Assembly: GCA_028715965.1 (NCBI GenBank)
Contig: JAQUQS010000003.1
Coordinates: forward strand, 14,494 to 78,493
Reading direction: 5' to 3'
Length of the DNA: 64,000 nucleotides
Origin: Candidatus Omnitrophota bacterium
Lineage (GTDB): Bacteria; Omnitrophota; Gorgyraeia; Tantalellales; Tantalellaceae
Shown: positions 1 to 10,193 of the stretch, piece by piece
Position numbering within the stretch: position 1 is the stretch's first letter
Layout: each line of letters starts with the position of its first letter
Notes under the pieces: generated by a model
Told to the model about the DNA's origin: nothing
Database searches by the model: none
Seen by the model: the letters and a program-made list of their open reading frames with translations, nothing else
Translations under genes and position numbers: made by a program

Positions 1-918
1 ATCGAATTCGCGTAATATACTGAACAGGCGTGACGCGCATATGCGCCCGTCATTCGCGGGCCCAAGTACCTTGACGTTCCCCTGGTAAAGGTCCTCATGT
101 TCCTTGCTGGCCATTATACCGACACTCGCACCCCTGGAGGCCAGTGTTTCCGCTGCCTGTGTGGCCTTTTCGAACTGGTCATATCCGTATTCCACGACCA
201 GGACCTTCGCGTTCGGGGAATAATGCCTGGGGTACTTGCCCGGGGTCCTCTCCATGACAGCCCCTTCACTCAAGACCTCTACTGGTCCCACCAGCGATGT
301 CAGTTCTTCCACGCTCACGCCGCCAGGCCTCAAGACCTTGACCGGACCGGAGCTTACGTCTATTACCGTCGATTCCACCCCGATATAAGTCGCGCCGCCG
401 TCGAGTATCATGTCCACGTTCCCCTCCAGGTCCTGGAGTACATGCATAGCGGTAGTAGGTGACGGTTTACTGAAAAGATTGGCAGAAGGCGCGGCAAGCG
501 GACAGGCGCACATATCTATGAACCTTGAAGCTATCGGATGGGACGGCATCCTTATCGCCACGGTATCAAGCCCGGTAGTCACTATATCAGGTACCCTATC
601 CGATTTTTTGAGCACCATCGTAAGGGGGCCCGGCCAGAACCTGTCGGCCAGTTTGTACACGATATCCGGCACATCCGAAGCCAGGTCCTCCAGCTCTTTC
701 ATTGTTGATATATGTACGATAAGGGGATCATCCAACGGCCGTTTCTTGGCCTGGAAGATACCCGACACTGCCTTGCTGTCAAGCGCGTCGGCGCCCAGAC
801 CGTACACCGTTTCGGTGGGAAAAGCCACCAGGCCCCGGTTGTTTATGACCTCGGCGGCCTGCCTTAAAAGCGCCATGTCTATGTTCTGCGGGTCTATCTC
901 TATCACACGTGTTTCCAT
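1..918 (-). CDS. tsaC: L-threonylcarbamoyladenylate synthase (Sua5/YrdC family), 3' end truncated by window edge
   Basis: Minus-strand ORF starts at ATG 916-918 and runs off position 1. Translation begins METRVIEIDPQNIDMALLRQAAEVINNRGLVAFPTETVYGLGADA, the YrdC/Sua5 motif. Not in the ORF track because no stop lies in the window. Confidence 0.85.
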   Translation of the reverse strand, partial: METRVIEIDPQNIDMALLRQAAEVINNRGLVAFPTETVYGLGADALDSKAVSGIFQAKKRPLDDPLIVHISTMKELEDLASDVPDIVYKLADRFWPGPLTMVLKKSDRVPDIVTTGLDTVAIRMPSHPIASRFIDMCACPLAAPSANLFSKPSPTTAMHVLQDLEGNVDMILDGGATYIGVESTVIDVSSGPVKVLRPGGVSVEELTSLVGPVEVLSEGAVMERTPGKYPRHYSPNAKVLVVEYGYDQFEKATQAAETLASRGASVGIMASKEHEDLYQGNVKVLGPANDGRICASRLFSILREFD

Positions 919-953
919 GAAATTCCTTGTAAGAACAGGTGCCCGGACCGGCC

Positions 954-1856
954 CTATATTTCCTTACCGGTAAGCACCTTGTAGGCCTGCCTGTATTTCT
1001 CCGATGTCCTGTCCACTATCTCATCCGGCAGAACCGGCCCCGGAGGGGTCTTATCCCAATCCAGCGTTTCCAGATAATCACGCAGGAACTGTTTATCGAA
1101 ACTCTTCTGCTGACGTCCGGGCTCGTAATCATCCTTGGGCCAGAACCTGGATGAATCCGGTGTTAAAGCCTCGTCCATAAGCACCACCCTGCCGTCCACG
1201 ATACCGAACTCAAATTTGGTATCAGCCAGCACGATGCCCTTCTTTTCCGCGTAGTCCCGGGCTTTTTCATACACCTTCACGCTCTTATCCCTGATAAGTT
1301 CGAAAATATCATCCCCGACCAGTTCCCTGGTATCTTTCTGGGAGATGTTCATATCATGCCCTGTGTCCGCCTTTGTTGATGGGGTGAATATAGGCTCCTC
1401 CAGTTTATCGGAAAGCCTGAGACCTTTCGGGAGCTTTATTCCCGAGACCATGCCGGTAGACTGGTAATCCTTCCACCCTGACCCCGATATATATCCTCTT
1501 ACTATACATTCGACCATTATAGGCTCCGCTTTTCTGACAAGCATTGAACGCCCATCAAGTATATCACGGTAAGGAGCGAGCTTTTTATCGGCCGCGATGA
1601 TACCGTCTATATCCACGGTGAGCATATGGTTCTCCACGATATCGCGTGTGTACTCGAACCAGAAAGAGGATATCATGTTGAGGACTTTGCCTTTATAAGG
1701 TATGCCATTAGGCATTATTACGTCAAAAGCGGAGATCCTGTCCGTGACCACGAACAGCAGTTTGTCGCCAAGATCATAGACCTTGCGTACTTTTCCCTCT
1801 TTCAGCAAAGGCATGCCTTTAAGGTCGAGATCAGTAACGGGTCGTTCTTTTACCAT
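954..1856 (-). CDS. purC: phosphoribosylaminoimidazole-succinocarboxamide synthase (SAICAR synthetase)
   Basis: Track ORF 954..1928 shows full-length similarity to PurC. I prefer the internal ATG at 1854-1856 (MVKERPV...), preceded by GAGGAG 8 nt upstream. The track start is an upstream GTG. Confidence 0.85.
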   Translation of the reverse strand: MVKERPVTDLDLKGMPLLKEGKVRKVYDLGDKLLFVVTDRISAFDVIMPNGIPYKGKVLNMISSFWFEYTRDIVENHMLTVDIDGIIAADKKLAPYRDILDGRSMLVRKAEPIMVECIVRGYISGSGWKDYQSTGMVSGIKLPKGLRLSDKLEEPIFTPSTKADTGHDMNISQKDTRELVGDDIFELIRDKSVKVYEKARDYAEKKGIVLADTKFEFGIVDGRVVLMDEALTPDSSRFWPKDDYEPGRQQKSFDKQFLRDYLETLDWDKTPPGPVLPDEIVDRTSEKYRQAYKVLTGKEI

Positions 1857-1876
1857 ATTATCGTCTCCTCTTGTCC

Positions 1877-3760
1877 TTATTTCTCGAACACCGAAGGCTG
1901 GACATAATCGCCATGCTCTTCGCTGCACTCTTTAAGACGCGCCTCCTGGTCCTCCAGGGCCTGCATGAGCATATGCGGGGTATCGAACACTTTTGTATGG
2001 TATATATTACGTATCCTCTCTATCTTGGCGATATTCTCCGGTATGCGTAACGTGAACTGTTCATCGTATGACTGCCTGGTATACTCCTTACCAAGCACTT
2101 CCTTGAAAAGTTTCTTAAGGTCGTCATATTTCGGGATATATCCTACCGGCGTCGTAAGCGCCTCGGCTTCGCCGTTCACGCGAAGTTCCATCCACTTTAT
2201 CCAGACATGTTTGTCCTTTAGCCCGTTAAGGAACTTCCTGTCCTTGCCGCGCAGGAAGTAATTAACATGGAATACGAGCGGCGGCCGGCTGCAATGCCTG
2301 ACTATCTCTATGTTGTTCTGTATATAACGGCCTATGGGTATGGAGAGAAAATCAAGATTGGCCATCAAATTGAATTTACGCACGCCTTCCTGTCCCAGCG
2401 TAGCCGCGGTGGTCTCCGACTCGATGGTCGCCGCCTGCGTCAGTATGCCGTGTTCCCAGTTAAATGACTGGGCCACGGGAAGGCTGGTATCGGAATCCCT
2501 ACCGCCGTATATCACGCCACCTATTTCCACACCATCAGGGTTATCCAGGTTCTCATCAGAGTTATCCAGTTCTTTTATCCTTATGGTATACCGCGCGTTC
2601 TTATGCGCGTAAGGGACTTCCTTGTCATCCGGCCCCTTCTTGCCCGAGAACCATCCTCCAACGAAATTAGTACCTTCTTCGGGGGCCTGGCGCCCGTCAC
2701 CCAGCCACCTGGGATTGTTGTCGTTGTCCACCAGGATATTGGAGAATATCACTTCACCAGGAGAGGTCAGCGCCTTGAAAATGGCCGGGTCATTGTCCTG
2801 GGAAACATCCTGTATGATCCCGAATATCCCGCGTTCCACGTTAACAGCTTTTATCTTTCCGTCGATATTCCTGAGATACGCTATGTCGTCGCCTATTATC
2901 TTCTCCCCCTCAAGCATGGCGGTCGCGGTCTTGCCGCACGCCGACGGGAAAGACCCGGTGAAATATGTGAGCCTTTTCCCTCCCTTGCCGTGTACCCCCA
3001 TCACGAACATATGTTCGGTAAGCCATCCTTCTTCGGACGCGCGTCTTATGGCGAGCCGCATGGCCAGTTTTTTCAGCCCTACAGTGTTCCCGGCATACTG
3101 CGTGTTAGCGGACAGCACCATTTCCTCCGCGAGGTCGATATACACGCGGCGGCCGTACACATCCTTTGATACGCCTCCTTCAAGCTCGCCCGCGGTATGC
3201 GCGAAACGGAAGAACCTCCCTGAATCCCCCAGCTTCCTGAACTCCTCATAACCGCTACGGTAAAGTATATCCTCCGAATGGCATACATAAGTGGAATCCG
3301 TTATCTGTACGGCTGGTATCGAAAAGACCGACCCGGTCGGCCCCAGGCAGAAGAACCCTATGATCATCTCTTTCCCGACCATGGAATTCTTAAAGAGGCC
3401 GTGTACTTCCTTCAGCCCTTTTTCTCTGTCTATGGATTCGATATCCGACCCAAGGACCTCATCCGGACGCAACAAGTAGCGTGTGCTGAACTTGTCCCGG
3501 CCCTGGTCATAGTATCCGTCAAAATGCACCGTATGACCATTGATCGTAAGGGCTTTCTCCTCCCCGGTCTTTATGGCCCTTTTTCTTATGTACTCGGCGT
3601 CTTCCGCGGAATCCGTACGGATAAATATAGTATCCGGATCGCAAAGCTGCACGTATTTAGCCACGAATTCTATCAGCTTAGGATTATCAAGGCCTTCTAT
3701 CTTCTTAAAGTTAGCGCTGTCGCATTTTTGCTTTATTATTTCCATGTACTTCTTTTTCAT
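1877..3760 (-). CDS. pckG: phosphoenolpyruvate carboxykinase (GTP)
   Basis: 627 aa with the GTP-PEPCK P-loop region FPSACGKT and full-length family similarity. GGGGA lies upstream of the ATG. Confidence 0.9.
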   Translation of the reverse strand: MKKKYMEIIKQKCDSANFKKIEGLDNPKLIEFVAKYVQLCDPDTIFIRTDSAEDAEYIRKRAIKTGEEKALTINGHTVHFDGYYDQGRDKFSTRYLLRPDEVLGSDIESIDREKGLKEVHGLFKNSMVGKEMIIGFFCLGPTGSVFSIPAVQITDSTYVCHSEDILYRSGYEEFRKLGDSGRFFRFAHTAGELEGGVSKDVYGRRVYIDLAEEMVLSANTQYAGNTVGLKKLAMRLAIRRASEEGWLTEHMFVMGVHGKGGKRLTYFTGSFPSACGKTATAMLEGEKIIGDDIAYLRNIDGKIKAVNVERGIFGIIQDVSQDNDPAIFKALTSPGEVIFSNILVDNDNNPRWLGDGRQAPEEGTNFVGGWFSGKKGPDDKEVPYAHKNARYTIRIKELDNSDENLDNPDGVEIGGVIYGGRDSDTSLPVAQSFNWEHGILTQAATIESETTAATLGQEGVRKFNLMANLDFLSIPIGRYIQNNIEIVRHCSRPPLVFHVNYFLRGKDRKFLNGLKDKHVWIKWMELRVNGEAEALTTPVGYIPKYDDLKKLFKEVLGKEYTRQSYDEQFTLRIPENIAKIERIRNIYHTKVFDTPHMLMQALEDQEARLKECSEEHGDYVQPSVFEK

Positions 3761-3827
3761 ATTTCCCCGTTTCCGTCTTGATTTCCCTTAACATAGCTCA
3801 ACTTAAAAGGATTTTTTAGACTCAATA

Positions 3828-3855
3828 TGTTATAATAATCTAACTTTACTGTCAA
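3828..3855. promoter_or_regulatory. divergent face-to-face promoters. Plus strand has an extended -10 TGtTATAAT (3828-3836) for nfi. Minus strand has a -35 TTGACA (3850-3855) with an overlapping TATAAC -10 for pckG.
   Basis: Read directly from the 101-bp pckG-nfi intergenic region. The spacer for pckG is suboptimal at 15 nt. Confidence 0.35.
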
Positions 3856-3861
3856 CCGTTT

Positions 3862-4530
3862 ATGGATATCAGGTCCGAACATCTTCATGATTGGGATATT
3901 ACGACCCGAGAGGCCGTTGCCCTGCAGAAAGAATTGAGGGAAAAGGTCCTCCTCCGGCCGTTCAAGGCATCCTCCATACGTACCATAGCCGGCGTGGATG
4001 TTTCCGTAAAAGACGGGTTTTCCAGGGCTGCCGTTTCCGTACTTTCTTTTCCGGATATGCAACTTATTGAAAACGTTACATTTAAGACAAAAACGCTTTT
4101 CCCTTATGTGCCCGGGCTTTTATCTTTCAGGGAAGGACCCGTGATCCTAGAATGCATGAAAGTTCTCGCCACCGAGGTCGACTTGTTCGTCTTCGATGGT
4201 CAGGGCCTGGCGCACCCACGCGGACTGGGCCTTGCCTCACATCTAGGCGTTATCCTGGGTAAACCGTCCATCGGAGCCGCGAAAACGCGTTTGTACGGCA
4301 CATACGACAACCCCGGGGGTAAAAAAGGGGCTTTTTCCCCCCTTAAGGATGATACGGGCCGGGAAATAGGCGCCGCGCTGACCACGCGGGACAATACCCG
4401 GCCTATGTTCATATCCCCGGGACATATGTGTGACGTAAAGTCCGCTATAAACATCATCCTGGCGTGTTGCCCGAAATACAGGATACCGGAGCCCATACGG
4501 CACGCTCACGCGACGGCTTATATCAAATAA
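3862..4530 (+). CDS. nfi: endonuclease V (deoxyinosine 3' endonuclease)
   Basis: 222 aa carrying the Nfi-family motif PYVPGLLSFREGP and the VDLFVFDGQG region. Confidence 0.85.
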   Translation: MDIRSEHLHDWDITTREAVALQKELREKVLLRPFKASSIRTIAGVDVSVKDGFSRAAVSVLSFPDMQLIENVTFKTKTLFPYVPGLLSFREGPVILECMKVLATEVDLFVFDGQGLAHPRGLGLASHLGVILGKPSIGAAKTRLYGTYDNPGGKKGAFSPLKDDTGREIGAALTTRDNTRPMFISPGHMCDVKSAINIILACCPKYRIPEPIRHAHATAYIK

Positions 4531-4560
4531 GCCGTCGCGTACATCGCGACGTGGTTTTGG
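4531..4560 (+). terminator. putative intrinsic terminator after nfi
   Basis: CGTCGCG (4533-4539), loop TACAT, CGCGACG (4545-4551), then TGGTTTTGG. An alternative 13-bp hairpin (4509-4521 with 4527-4539) spans the stop codon. Confidence 0.45.
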
Positions 4561-4562
4561 AT

Positions 4563-4590
4563 TTGTTAAAATATGTTTTCATGATATAAT
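4563..4590 (+). promoter_or_regulatory. putative promoter for the lipoprotein gene (-35 TTGTTA, 16-nt spacer, -10 TATAAT)
   Basis: -35 box at 4563-4568 and -10 box at 4585-4590. The GGAGG RBS lies downstream. Confidence 0.45.
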
Positions 4591-4619
4591 CGAATTGCAT
4601 ATCATTTGGAGGGATATTG

Positions 4620-5042
4620 ATGAACAAAAACTATCTGCAATCTTTCATTGTCGCGGCGCTTGTATCCGTGTGCGTTCTTTCACCGGGATGTTCCAGCACA
4701 AAATATAATTTCAAGTCCGTACTGGGCATTAATGTGGCTGACCTTGAAGAGGCCAAGCGGACCGGGATGGAGAAAACAGTTCCCCTTTCCCGCGCGGACG
4801 CCTTTAATAAGGTCCGGGACATCCTTGTCTCTAATGACCTGGTAATATACCAGGCGGACGCCAGAAATGGTTATATAGTGGCAATGGGTTTCCCCGGACA
4901 GATAAACACTACGAGGGTCGGCATCTTTTTTGACAACGTATCCGGTTCAGAGACAAAGATCACCCTGAGTTCCCTGAGCTCTATGGCGCTGGCCACGGCC
5001 GGATCCATCATCTTCCCCGCTGTCACAGGTCAGGAACAATAG
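4620..5042 (+). CDS. hypothetical lipoprotein
   Basis: Signal peptide with lipobox (VLSPGCSS). GGAGG at 4608-4612 sits 7 nt before ATG 4620. The track start is a TTG one codon upstream. Confidence 0.6.
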   Translation: MNKNYLQSFIVAALVSVCVLSPGCSSTKYNFKSVLGINVADLEEAKRTGMEKTVPLSRADAFNKVRDILVSNDLVIYQADARNGYIVAMGFPGQINTTRVGIFFDNVSGSETKITLSSLSSMALATAGSIIFPAVTGQEQ

Positions 5043-5755
5043 GTCCATTCATCCGAAGCGAACTTGTCCCGGGCAAGTTTTTCCACTTTGTCCATTACGT
5101 TCTTTCCCGGCAATATCGGTATTTTCTTCGCGTCGAAAGCATCCATTATAAGATCAACGATATCTTCGGCTGGAAGAGGCAGGTTTGACATGAAATTGTC
5201 GTGAGCGCGGCCTTTCCGGTATCCGGGTTCACGCGGGGGATGTTTCAGGTATTTTCCGACGAGGCCGATATCCATCCCGAAAAGGACGGTACCGTGATGC
5301 AGAAAATATCTCTTTTTTCTCGCCTGCGCGTTCCCCGATACCTTCTTCCCGTTATATGAAATATCCGATATCGGCGATATCTCCGCCCCTATACCCTTAC
5401 CGGAAAAGGCTTCGCATAGATCACCAAGTATGGCCTCATATGAGCTCCTGATCCCCGCGTATCTTTTATCTCTTCCATATGAGAGCACAAGCGAGTAGTT
5501 CAGGCATCCCGTTCCCTGTAGCACGCTTCCGCCACCGGACACACGGCGCACCAACGCCACGCCATCGTTCGCGCAATTCTCAACATGGCAGTCTATCGGC
5601 ACAGAACAGGAGCGCCCCAGGACCACGAAAGTCCGGTCCGGCTTCCAGAACCTGAGCGTTTCGCTCATATCTCCGGACTCTGCCAGCGAAAGCAACACCT
5701 CGTCGGCCGCCATCATTTCTTCAGGAGTTGTAAAAGGGATATCGATAAGGTCCAT
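5030..5755 (-). CDS. lipoate-protein ligase / octanoyltransferase family protein (BPL_LplA_LipB domain; LplA/LipM-like)
   Basis: 241 aa with an LplA/LipM-type catalytic domain and a lysine in the HHGTVLFGMD context. Last gene of the gcv operon. Confidence 0.7.
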   Translation of the reverse strand: MDLIDIPFTTPEEMMAADEVLLSLAESGDMSETLRFWKPDRTFVVLGRSCSVPIDCHVENCANDGVALVRRVSGGGSVLQGTGCLNYSLVLSYGRDKRYAGIRSSYEAILGDLCEAFSGKGIGAEISPISDISYNGKKVSGNAQARKKRYFLHHGTVLFGMDIGLVGKYLKHPPREPGYRKGRAHDNFMSNLPLPAEDIVDLIMDAFDAKKIPILPGKNVMDKVEKLARDKFASDEWTYCS

Positions 5756-5756
5756 G

Positions 5757-7232
5757 TTATGCCTTGGCGCAGGAACATTGCTCGAGTGGAAGACACGCTA
5801 TATCCATATCTCTGGCCGCCTTTACTTCATCAAGCCTGCCCACCGGAGTAGTGACCGGCATGGCATGGAAACGCTCGGGTTCCTTTTCCGCCAGGAGCGC
5901 CAGTTCCATCATCACGCCGATGAATTGGTCCAGTGTATCCCTGGACTCGGTCTCCGTGGGCTCGACCATCATGGCCTCTTTCACGATAAGCGGGAAATAT
6001 ACCGTCGGTGGATGGATACCTTTATCGATAAGGGCTTTAGCGATATCTATCGCCCTAACGCCGCGGGCCGCCTGGCGGGAAGCCGATATGACGAACTCAT
6101 GCAGGCAGTTATCCGCGTACGGCACATCATATTTCTCCGACAGATGCCTCATCAGGTAGTTGGCGTTAAGCACGGCGTTCTCGCTCACATTTATAAGTCC
6201 CTGGCGTCCAAGAAGAAGTATATACGCGTACGCTTTGAGCATCACACCAAAATTACCATAAAAAGGAGAGATATACCCGATGGAAAGAGGCTTATCGTAA
6301 TCAAGCGAATACGTGCCGTCCTTGTCCTTTACCACACGTGATATCGGCAGGAACGGCTCAAGCTCCTTCTTCACCCCGACAGGCCCGGACCCCGGACCTC
6401 CGCCCCCATGCGGTGTGGCGAACGATTTGTGCAGGTTAAGATGCACGACATCAAAACCAAGATCGCCCGGGCGCGCCTTCCCCATTATGGCGTTAAGATT
6501 AGCTCCATCATAATACATAAGCGCGCCGGCTTTATGTGTGAGATCAGCGATCTTTTTTATGTCCCGGTTGAAAACACCCAACGTATTCGGGCAGGTAAGC
6601 ATGACCGCCGCCACCTCATCGTTAAGCTCGGCGGCAAACCTGGCCATATCCATGCTTCCCCTATTATCCGAAGGTATGCTCTTAACGGTATACCCCGCTA
6701 TGGCCGCGGACGCGGGATTGGTCCCATGCCCCGAATCGGGTATCAGGACATATTTTTTTCTGCTGCCCTTATGCCTGTGATAAGCGGCAATAAGCATGAC
6801 CCCCGTAAGTTCACCGTGCGCCCCGGCCATGGGATGCGTGGTAAAAGCGTCCATACCCGTTATCTCTGAAAGAAGACCTTCCAGCCGGCTTATCACTTCC
6901 AGCGCGCCCTGGGTGAGCCCAGCTCCTGTTACGAGCTGTGGCGCCAAAGGATGCAGTGAGGTGAACTTCTCGTATGACGCTATTTTTTCCGTGAACTTGG
7001 GGTTATATTTCATGGTACATGACCCAAGCGGGTAGAAATGCGAGTCCACACCGAAATTCATCTTTGAAAGCCCGGTAAAATGTCTTACGACCTCGGGTTC
7101 GGAAACAGACGGCAGCTCCGCGCCTTTTTCCCTTAAATACCGGGAAGGCAATCCGCTCTCAAGGCCCGTATCATTCGCCGGGAGGGTCACGCCTTTTCTT
7201 CCCGACCTTGATTTCTCGAAGATCAGCTCCAT
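5757..7232 (-). CDS. gcvPB: glycine dehydrogenase (decarboxylating) subunit 2, PLP-binding
   Basis: 491 aa with full-length GcvPB similarity. Overlaps gcvPA by 10 nt. Confidence 0.9.
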   Translation of the reverse strand: MELIFEKSRSGRKGVTLPANDTGLESGLPSRYLREKGAELPSVSEPEVVRHFTGLSKMNFGVDSHFYPLGSCTMKYNPKFTEKIASYEKFTSLHPLAPQLVTGAGLTQGALEVISRLEGLLSEITGMDAFTTHPMAGAHGELTGVMLIAAYHRHKGSRKKYVLIPDSGHGTNPASAAIAGYTVKSIPSDNRGSMDMARFAAELNDEVAAVMLTCPNTLGVFNRDIKKIADLTHKAGALMYYDGANLNAIMGKARPGDLGFDVVHLNLHKSFATPHGGGGPGSGPVGVKKELEPFLPISRVVKDKDGTYSLDYDKPLSIGYISPFYGNFGVMLKAYAYILLLGRQGLINVSENAVLNANYLMRHLSEKYDVPYADNCLHEFVISASRQAARGVRAIDIAKALIDKGIHPPTVYFPLIVKEAMMVEPTETESRDTLDQFIGVMMELALLAEKEPERFHAMPVTTPVGRLDEVKAARDMDIACLPLEQCSCAKA

Positions 7233-8566
7233 AAGGCCTCCTCAAGCGCGTCCGCGAACATATCTATCTCACGCGCGGTCCTTTTCTCTGTTACCGCTAC
7301 CAGAAGATAATCTTTCATGTCACTATAATACCTGCCCAGCGGGAATCCGGCCGCTATCTTTTTCGCTATAAGCTTTTCAATTATGGCGTTGGGGTCGACA
7401 GGGAGTTTTATTATGAATTCATTGAACGTGGGGGCGCTTCTCTTTACTTCCACGCCCTTTATCTTTTCCAGCCGTTCTTTCGCGTATTCCGCTTTGGCGA
7501 AACAAAGTTCGGCGACCTTCTTTATGCCGACAGATCCCATGAGGCACATGTAAATAAGCGCCCTTAACGCGCATAAGGCCTCATTGGAACATATGTTGGA
7601 TGTGGCTTTTTCCCGCCGGATATGCTGTTCCCTGGCCTGCAAAGTCAGGACAAATCCCCTTCGGCCCTGCGCGTCGACCGTTTGTCCAACTATGCGTCCC
7701 GGCATCTTCCGGACAAGTTCTTTCCTCACGCCCATGAACCCCAGATACGGTCCGCCGAAGGAAAGCGGTATGCCCAGGCTTTGGCCTTCGCCTACCGTTA
7801 TGTCCGCGCCCATTTCCCGCGGCGTCTTCAATATGCCAAGCGATAGCGGATATACGCACTCCACCATGAGTATGCCTTTTTCGTGGCACATGTCCGATAT
7901 ATCCGAGTGGTCGTCAATGGCCCCGAAAAAATTCGGGTTCTGCAGTATTACCGCCGCGGTACGCTCATCAATATGTTTTTTTATCTCCGCACGGTCGCTG
8001 TTGCCGTGTACCACTTTGGTCTCAACGAACTCTATCGACAGGTTCGACGTATACGAGTACATCATTTTCCTGTATATGGGGCTGACCCCACCATCCATGA
8101 TGATCTTATTCCGGCCGGTAACCCTTATGGCCATCATCGCCGCCTCATAAAGCGCGGTCCCGCCGTCGTACAATGACGCGTTAGAAGCGTCCATACCCGT
8201 AAGGCGGCATATACAGCTCTGGTATTCGTATATGGCCTGCAGGGTCCCTTGGGAGCATTCCGGCTGGTACGGCGTATAGGCGGTATAGAACTCCGATCTT
8301 GAGGCCATAGCGTCGACCGCCGCGGGGATAAAATGGTCATAGAACCCGCCGCCTAAAAAGGTGATCAGGTCCGTGGCATTCTTCCCGGCGAGTTTTTTCA
8401 GGTGCTCGTCCACTTCGAATTCCGATAGCCCTTGCGGGATATCGAACGATCTTGCCCTCAGCTCAGGGGGTATGCCCCTGAACAGGTCGTCCATATCCCC
8501 GGAGGTAATACCTATGCTTTCCAGCATATCCCTCTGGTCCTGTCGTGAGTGGGGTATGTAACTCAA
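7223..8566 (-). CDS. gcvPA: glycine dehydrogenase (decarboxylating) subunit 1
   Basis: 447 aa with GcvPA family similarity. 4-nt overlap with gcvH. Confidence 0.9.
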   Translation of the reverse strand: MSYIPHSRQDQRDMLESIGITSGDMDDLFRGIPPELRARSFDIPQGLSEFEVDEHLKKLAGKNATDLITFLGGGFYDHFIPAAVDAMASRSEFYTAYTPYQPECSQGTLQAIYEYQSCICRLTGMDASNASLYDGGTALYEAAMMAIRVTGRNKIIMDGGVSPIYRKMMYSYTSNLSIEFVETKVVHGNSDRAEIKKHIDERTAAVILQNPNFFGAIDDHSDISDMCHEKGILMVECVYPLSLGILKTPREMGADITVGEGQSLGIPLSFGGPYLGFMGVRKELVRKMPGRIVGQTVDAQGRRGFVLTLQAREQHIRREKATSNICSNEALCALRALIYMCLMGSVGIKKVAELCFAKAEYAKERLEKIKGVEVKRSAPTFNEFIIKLPVDPNAIIEKLIAKKIAAGFPLGRYYSDMKDYLLVAVTEKRTAREIDMFADALEEALWS

Positions 8567-8955
8567 TGCGCGCTCTCCTTAAGGTATTCGGTGTAAGCCG
8601 CGGCGTCCATGAGTCCATCCAGCTCTGAACTATTGGACATCTTTATACGACACAGCCACCCTTCTTCGTAAGGGGAACTATTTATGATCTCGGGCGAATC
8701 CGCGAGCAACCCGTTCACCTTTACGATCTTTCCACTTACGGGCGCATAAACATCACTCGCCGCTTTTACCGATTCGACGGTCGCTATGCTTTCCGGAGCT
8801 TTTACTTCCACACCGACTTCCGGGAGCTCGACAAAGGTTATGTCCCCGAGTGCGGATTGGGCGTGGTCCGTTATCCCCATTATCGCCTCATCGCCCTCAG
8901 CCCTGACCCATTCGTGCTCTTTAGAATATCTGAGATCTTCCGGCACCATCTCCAT
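8563..8955 (-). CDS. gcvH: glycine cleavage system H protein (lipoyl carrier)
   Basis: 130 aa containing the lipoyl-lysine motif ESVKAASDVYAPVSG. Confidence 0.9.
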   Translation of the reverse strand: MEMVPEDLRYSKEHEWVRAEGDEAIMGITDHAQSALGDITFVELPEVGVEVKAPESIATVESVKAASDVYAPVSGKIVKVNGLLADSPEIINSSPYEEGWLCRIKMSNSSELDGLMDAAAYTEYLKESAH

Positions 8956-8976
8956 CCCCCTTATTTTCCAGCGTTA

Positions 8977-10083
8977 TCAAGATATCTTAGGGCGATATAT
9001 CGGCAGGCCCGTTATCTTCCCCGGGATCTCCGTATTCCCGCCCTTAAATACCACAGAACGCCCGTTCTCCGCGAAACGTTCATCTACATAACACATGCCT
9101 ATACCCTTTTTCATGCACGGGGAGAAGGCCCCGCTCGTGACCTCACCCAATTCTTCCCGTCCCTCGCTATCCCGCAACAAGAACCCTTTCCTCGCGCTTC
9201 TTCGTCCCTCGCAAATGAATCCCCTGAGGACTCGTACCGGCCCGTTACCGGACCCCCGTTCCAATAAGGCTTCTTTACCGATGAAATCCTTATCCTTTGA
9301 TACGAACCTCATAAGACCGGCCTCATACGGGGAAACCCCTTCGTCAATATCATTACCATAAAGAGAGTAGCCCATTTCCAGGCGAAGCGTATCCCTGGCG
9401 CCCAGGCCTATCGGCCTGACCTCTTCCAGGGAAAGAAGTTTTTCCCATATATACCCCGCGTCCGCAGGTGATATGAATATCTCGTACCCGGGTTCCCCCG
9501 TATATCCCGTCATGCTCACAAGAGCGTCCCGAGATAGAACATTCATGCGCGCGGATCGGAAACGTTTAAGCCCCCCTGACGCTCCGTTCGTGAATTCGCT
9601 CATTATTCTCACGGAATCCGGTCCCTGGAGGTCCAGTTTTACGGTTTCGCCGGATATATCCTCGAATTCCGTACCGGCGGACAATCTGTCAGTGATCCAG
9701 TCCCGGTCCTTACCGGTCGTACCGGCGTTAACTACCAGCATGTATTCCTTTTCCGATATCCTGAAGACAATAAGATCATCGATGATACCGGCATCCTGCC
9801 GCAGGAGGAAGCCGTACCTGCACATACCATCGGAAAGACCGCCCACTCCACACGTAATAAGGCGTTCCAAGTCTCCCGCGGCGGTATCCCCACTTAGCAT
9901 GAACTCTCCCATATGCGAAACATCGAAAAGGCCGGCATGCGTCCTTACCCACATATGTTCTTCTATTATCCCTGTATACTGCAAGGGCATGCTCCACCCG
10001 GCGAACGGCACCATTCTTGCGCCGGCCTTAAGATGGTCGTCGCCAAGCGCCGTTATCTTCAATCTTATTCCCTGTTCCAACAT
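8977..10083 (-). CDS. gcvT: aminomethyltransferase (glycine cleavage T protein)
   Basis: 368 aa with GcvT family similarity; N-terminus has the FAGWSMPLQY motif. Confidence 0.9.
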   Translation of the reverse strand: MLEQGIRLKITALGDDHLKAGARMVPFAGWSMPLQYTGIIEEHMWVRTHAGLFDVSHMGEFMLSGDTAAGDLERLITCGVGGLSDGMCRYGFLLRQDAGIIDDLIVFRISEKEYMLVVNAGTTGKDRDWITDRLSAGTEFEDISGETVKLDLQGPDSVRIMSEFTNGASGGLKRFRSARMNVLSRDALVSMTGYTGEPGYEIFISPADAGYIWEKLLSLEEVRPIGLGARDTLRLEMGYSLYGNDIDEGVSPYEAGLMRFVSKDKDFIGKEALLERGSGNGPVRVLRGFICEGRRSARKGFLLRDSEGREELGEVTSGAFSPCMKKGIGMCYVDERFAENGRSVVFKGGNTEIPGKITGLPIYRPKIS

Positions 10084-10148
10084 AAGAAGACCTCATTACG
10101 GTAAGTGAACTTTACGTGCAGCCGATGAACGAGCCGGCCAATGTCCTC

Positions 10149-10176
10149 ATTATAGAATAAATGGCACTAATGTCAA
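10149..10176 (-). promoter_or_regulatory. sigma70-type promoter for gcvT (-35 TTGACA, 16-nt spacer, -10 TATAAT)
   Basis: Minus strand reads CTTGACATTAGTGCCATTTATTCTATAATGAGG. The -35 box is 10171-10176 and the -10 box 10149-10154. It lies about 60 nt upstream of the gcvT ATG, in the 110-nt lipA-gcvT gap. Confidence 0.6.
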
Positions 10177-10193
10177 GCGCGTGGAAAACCGTC

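Noticed and set aside
97-973. Plus-strand ORFs 97..462 and 410..973 at the left edge
   Set aside because: They are antisense to the Sua5/TsaC gene (1..918, minus strand), which has an unmistakable YrdC motif. That gene is missing from the track only because it lacks a stop inside the window.
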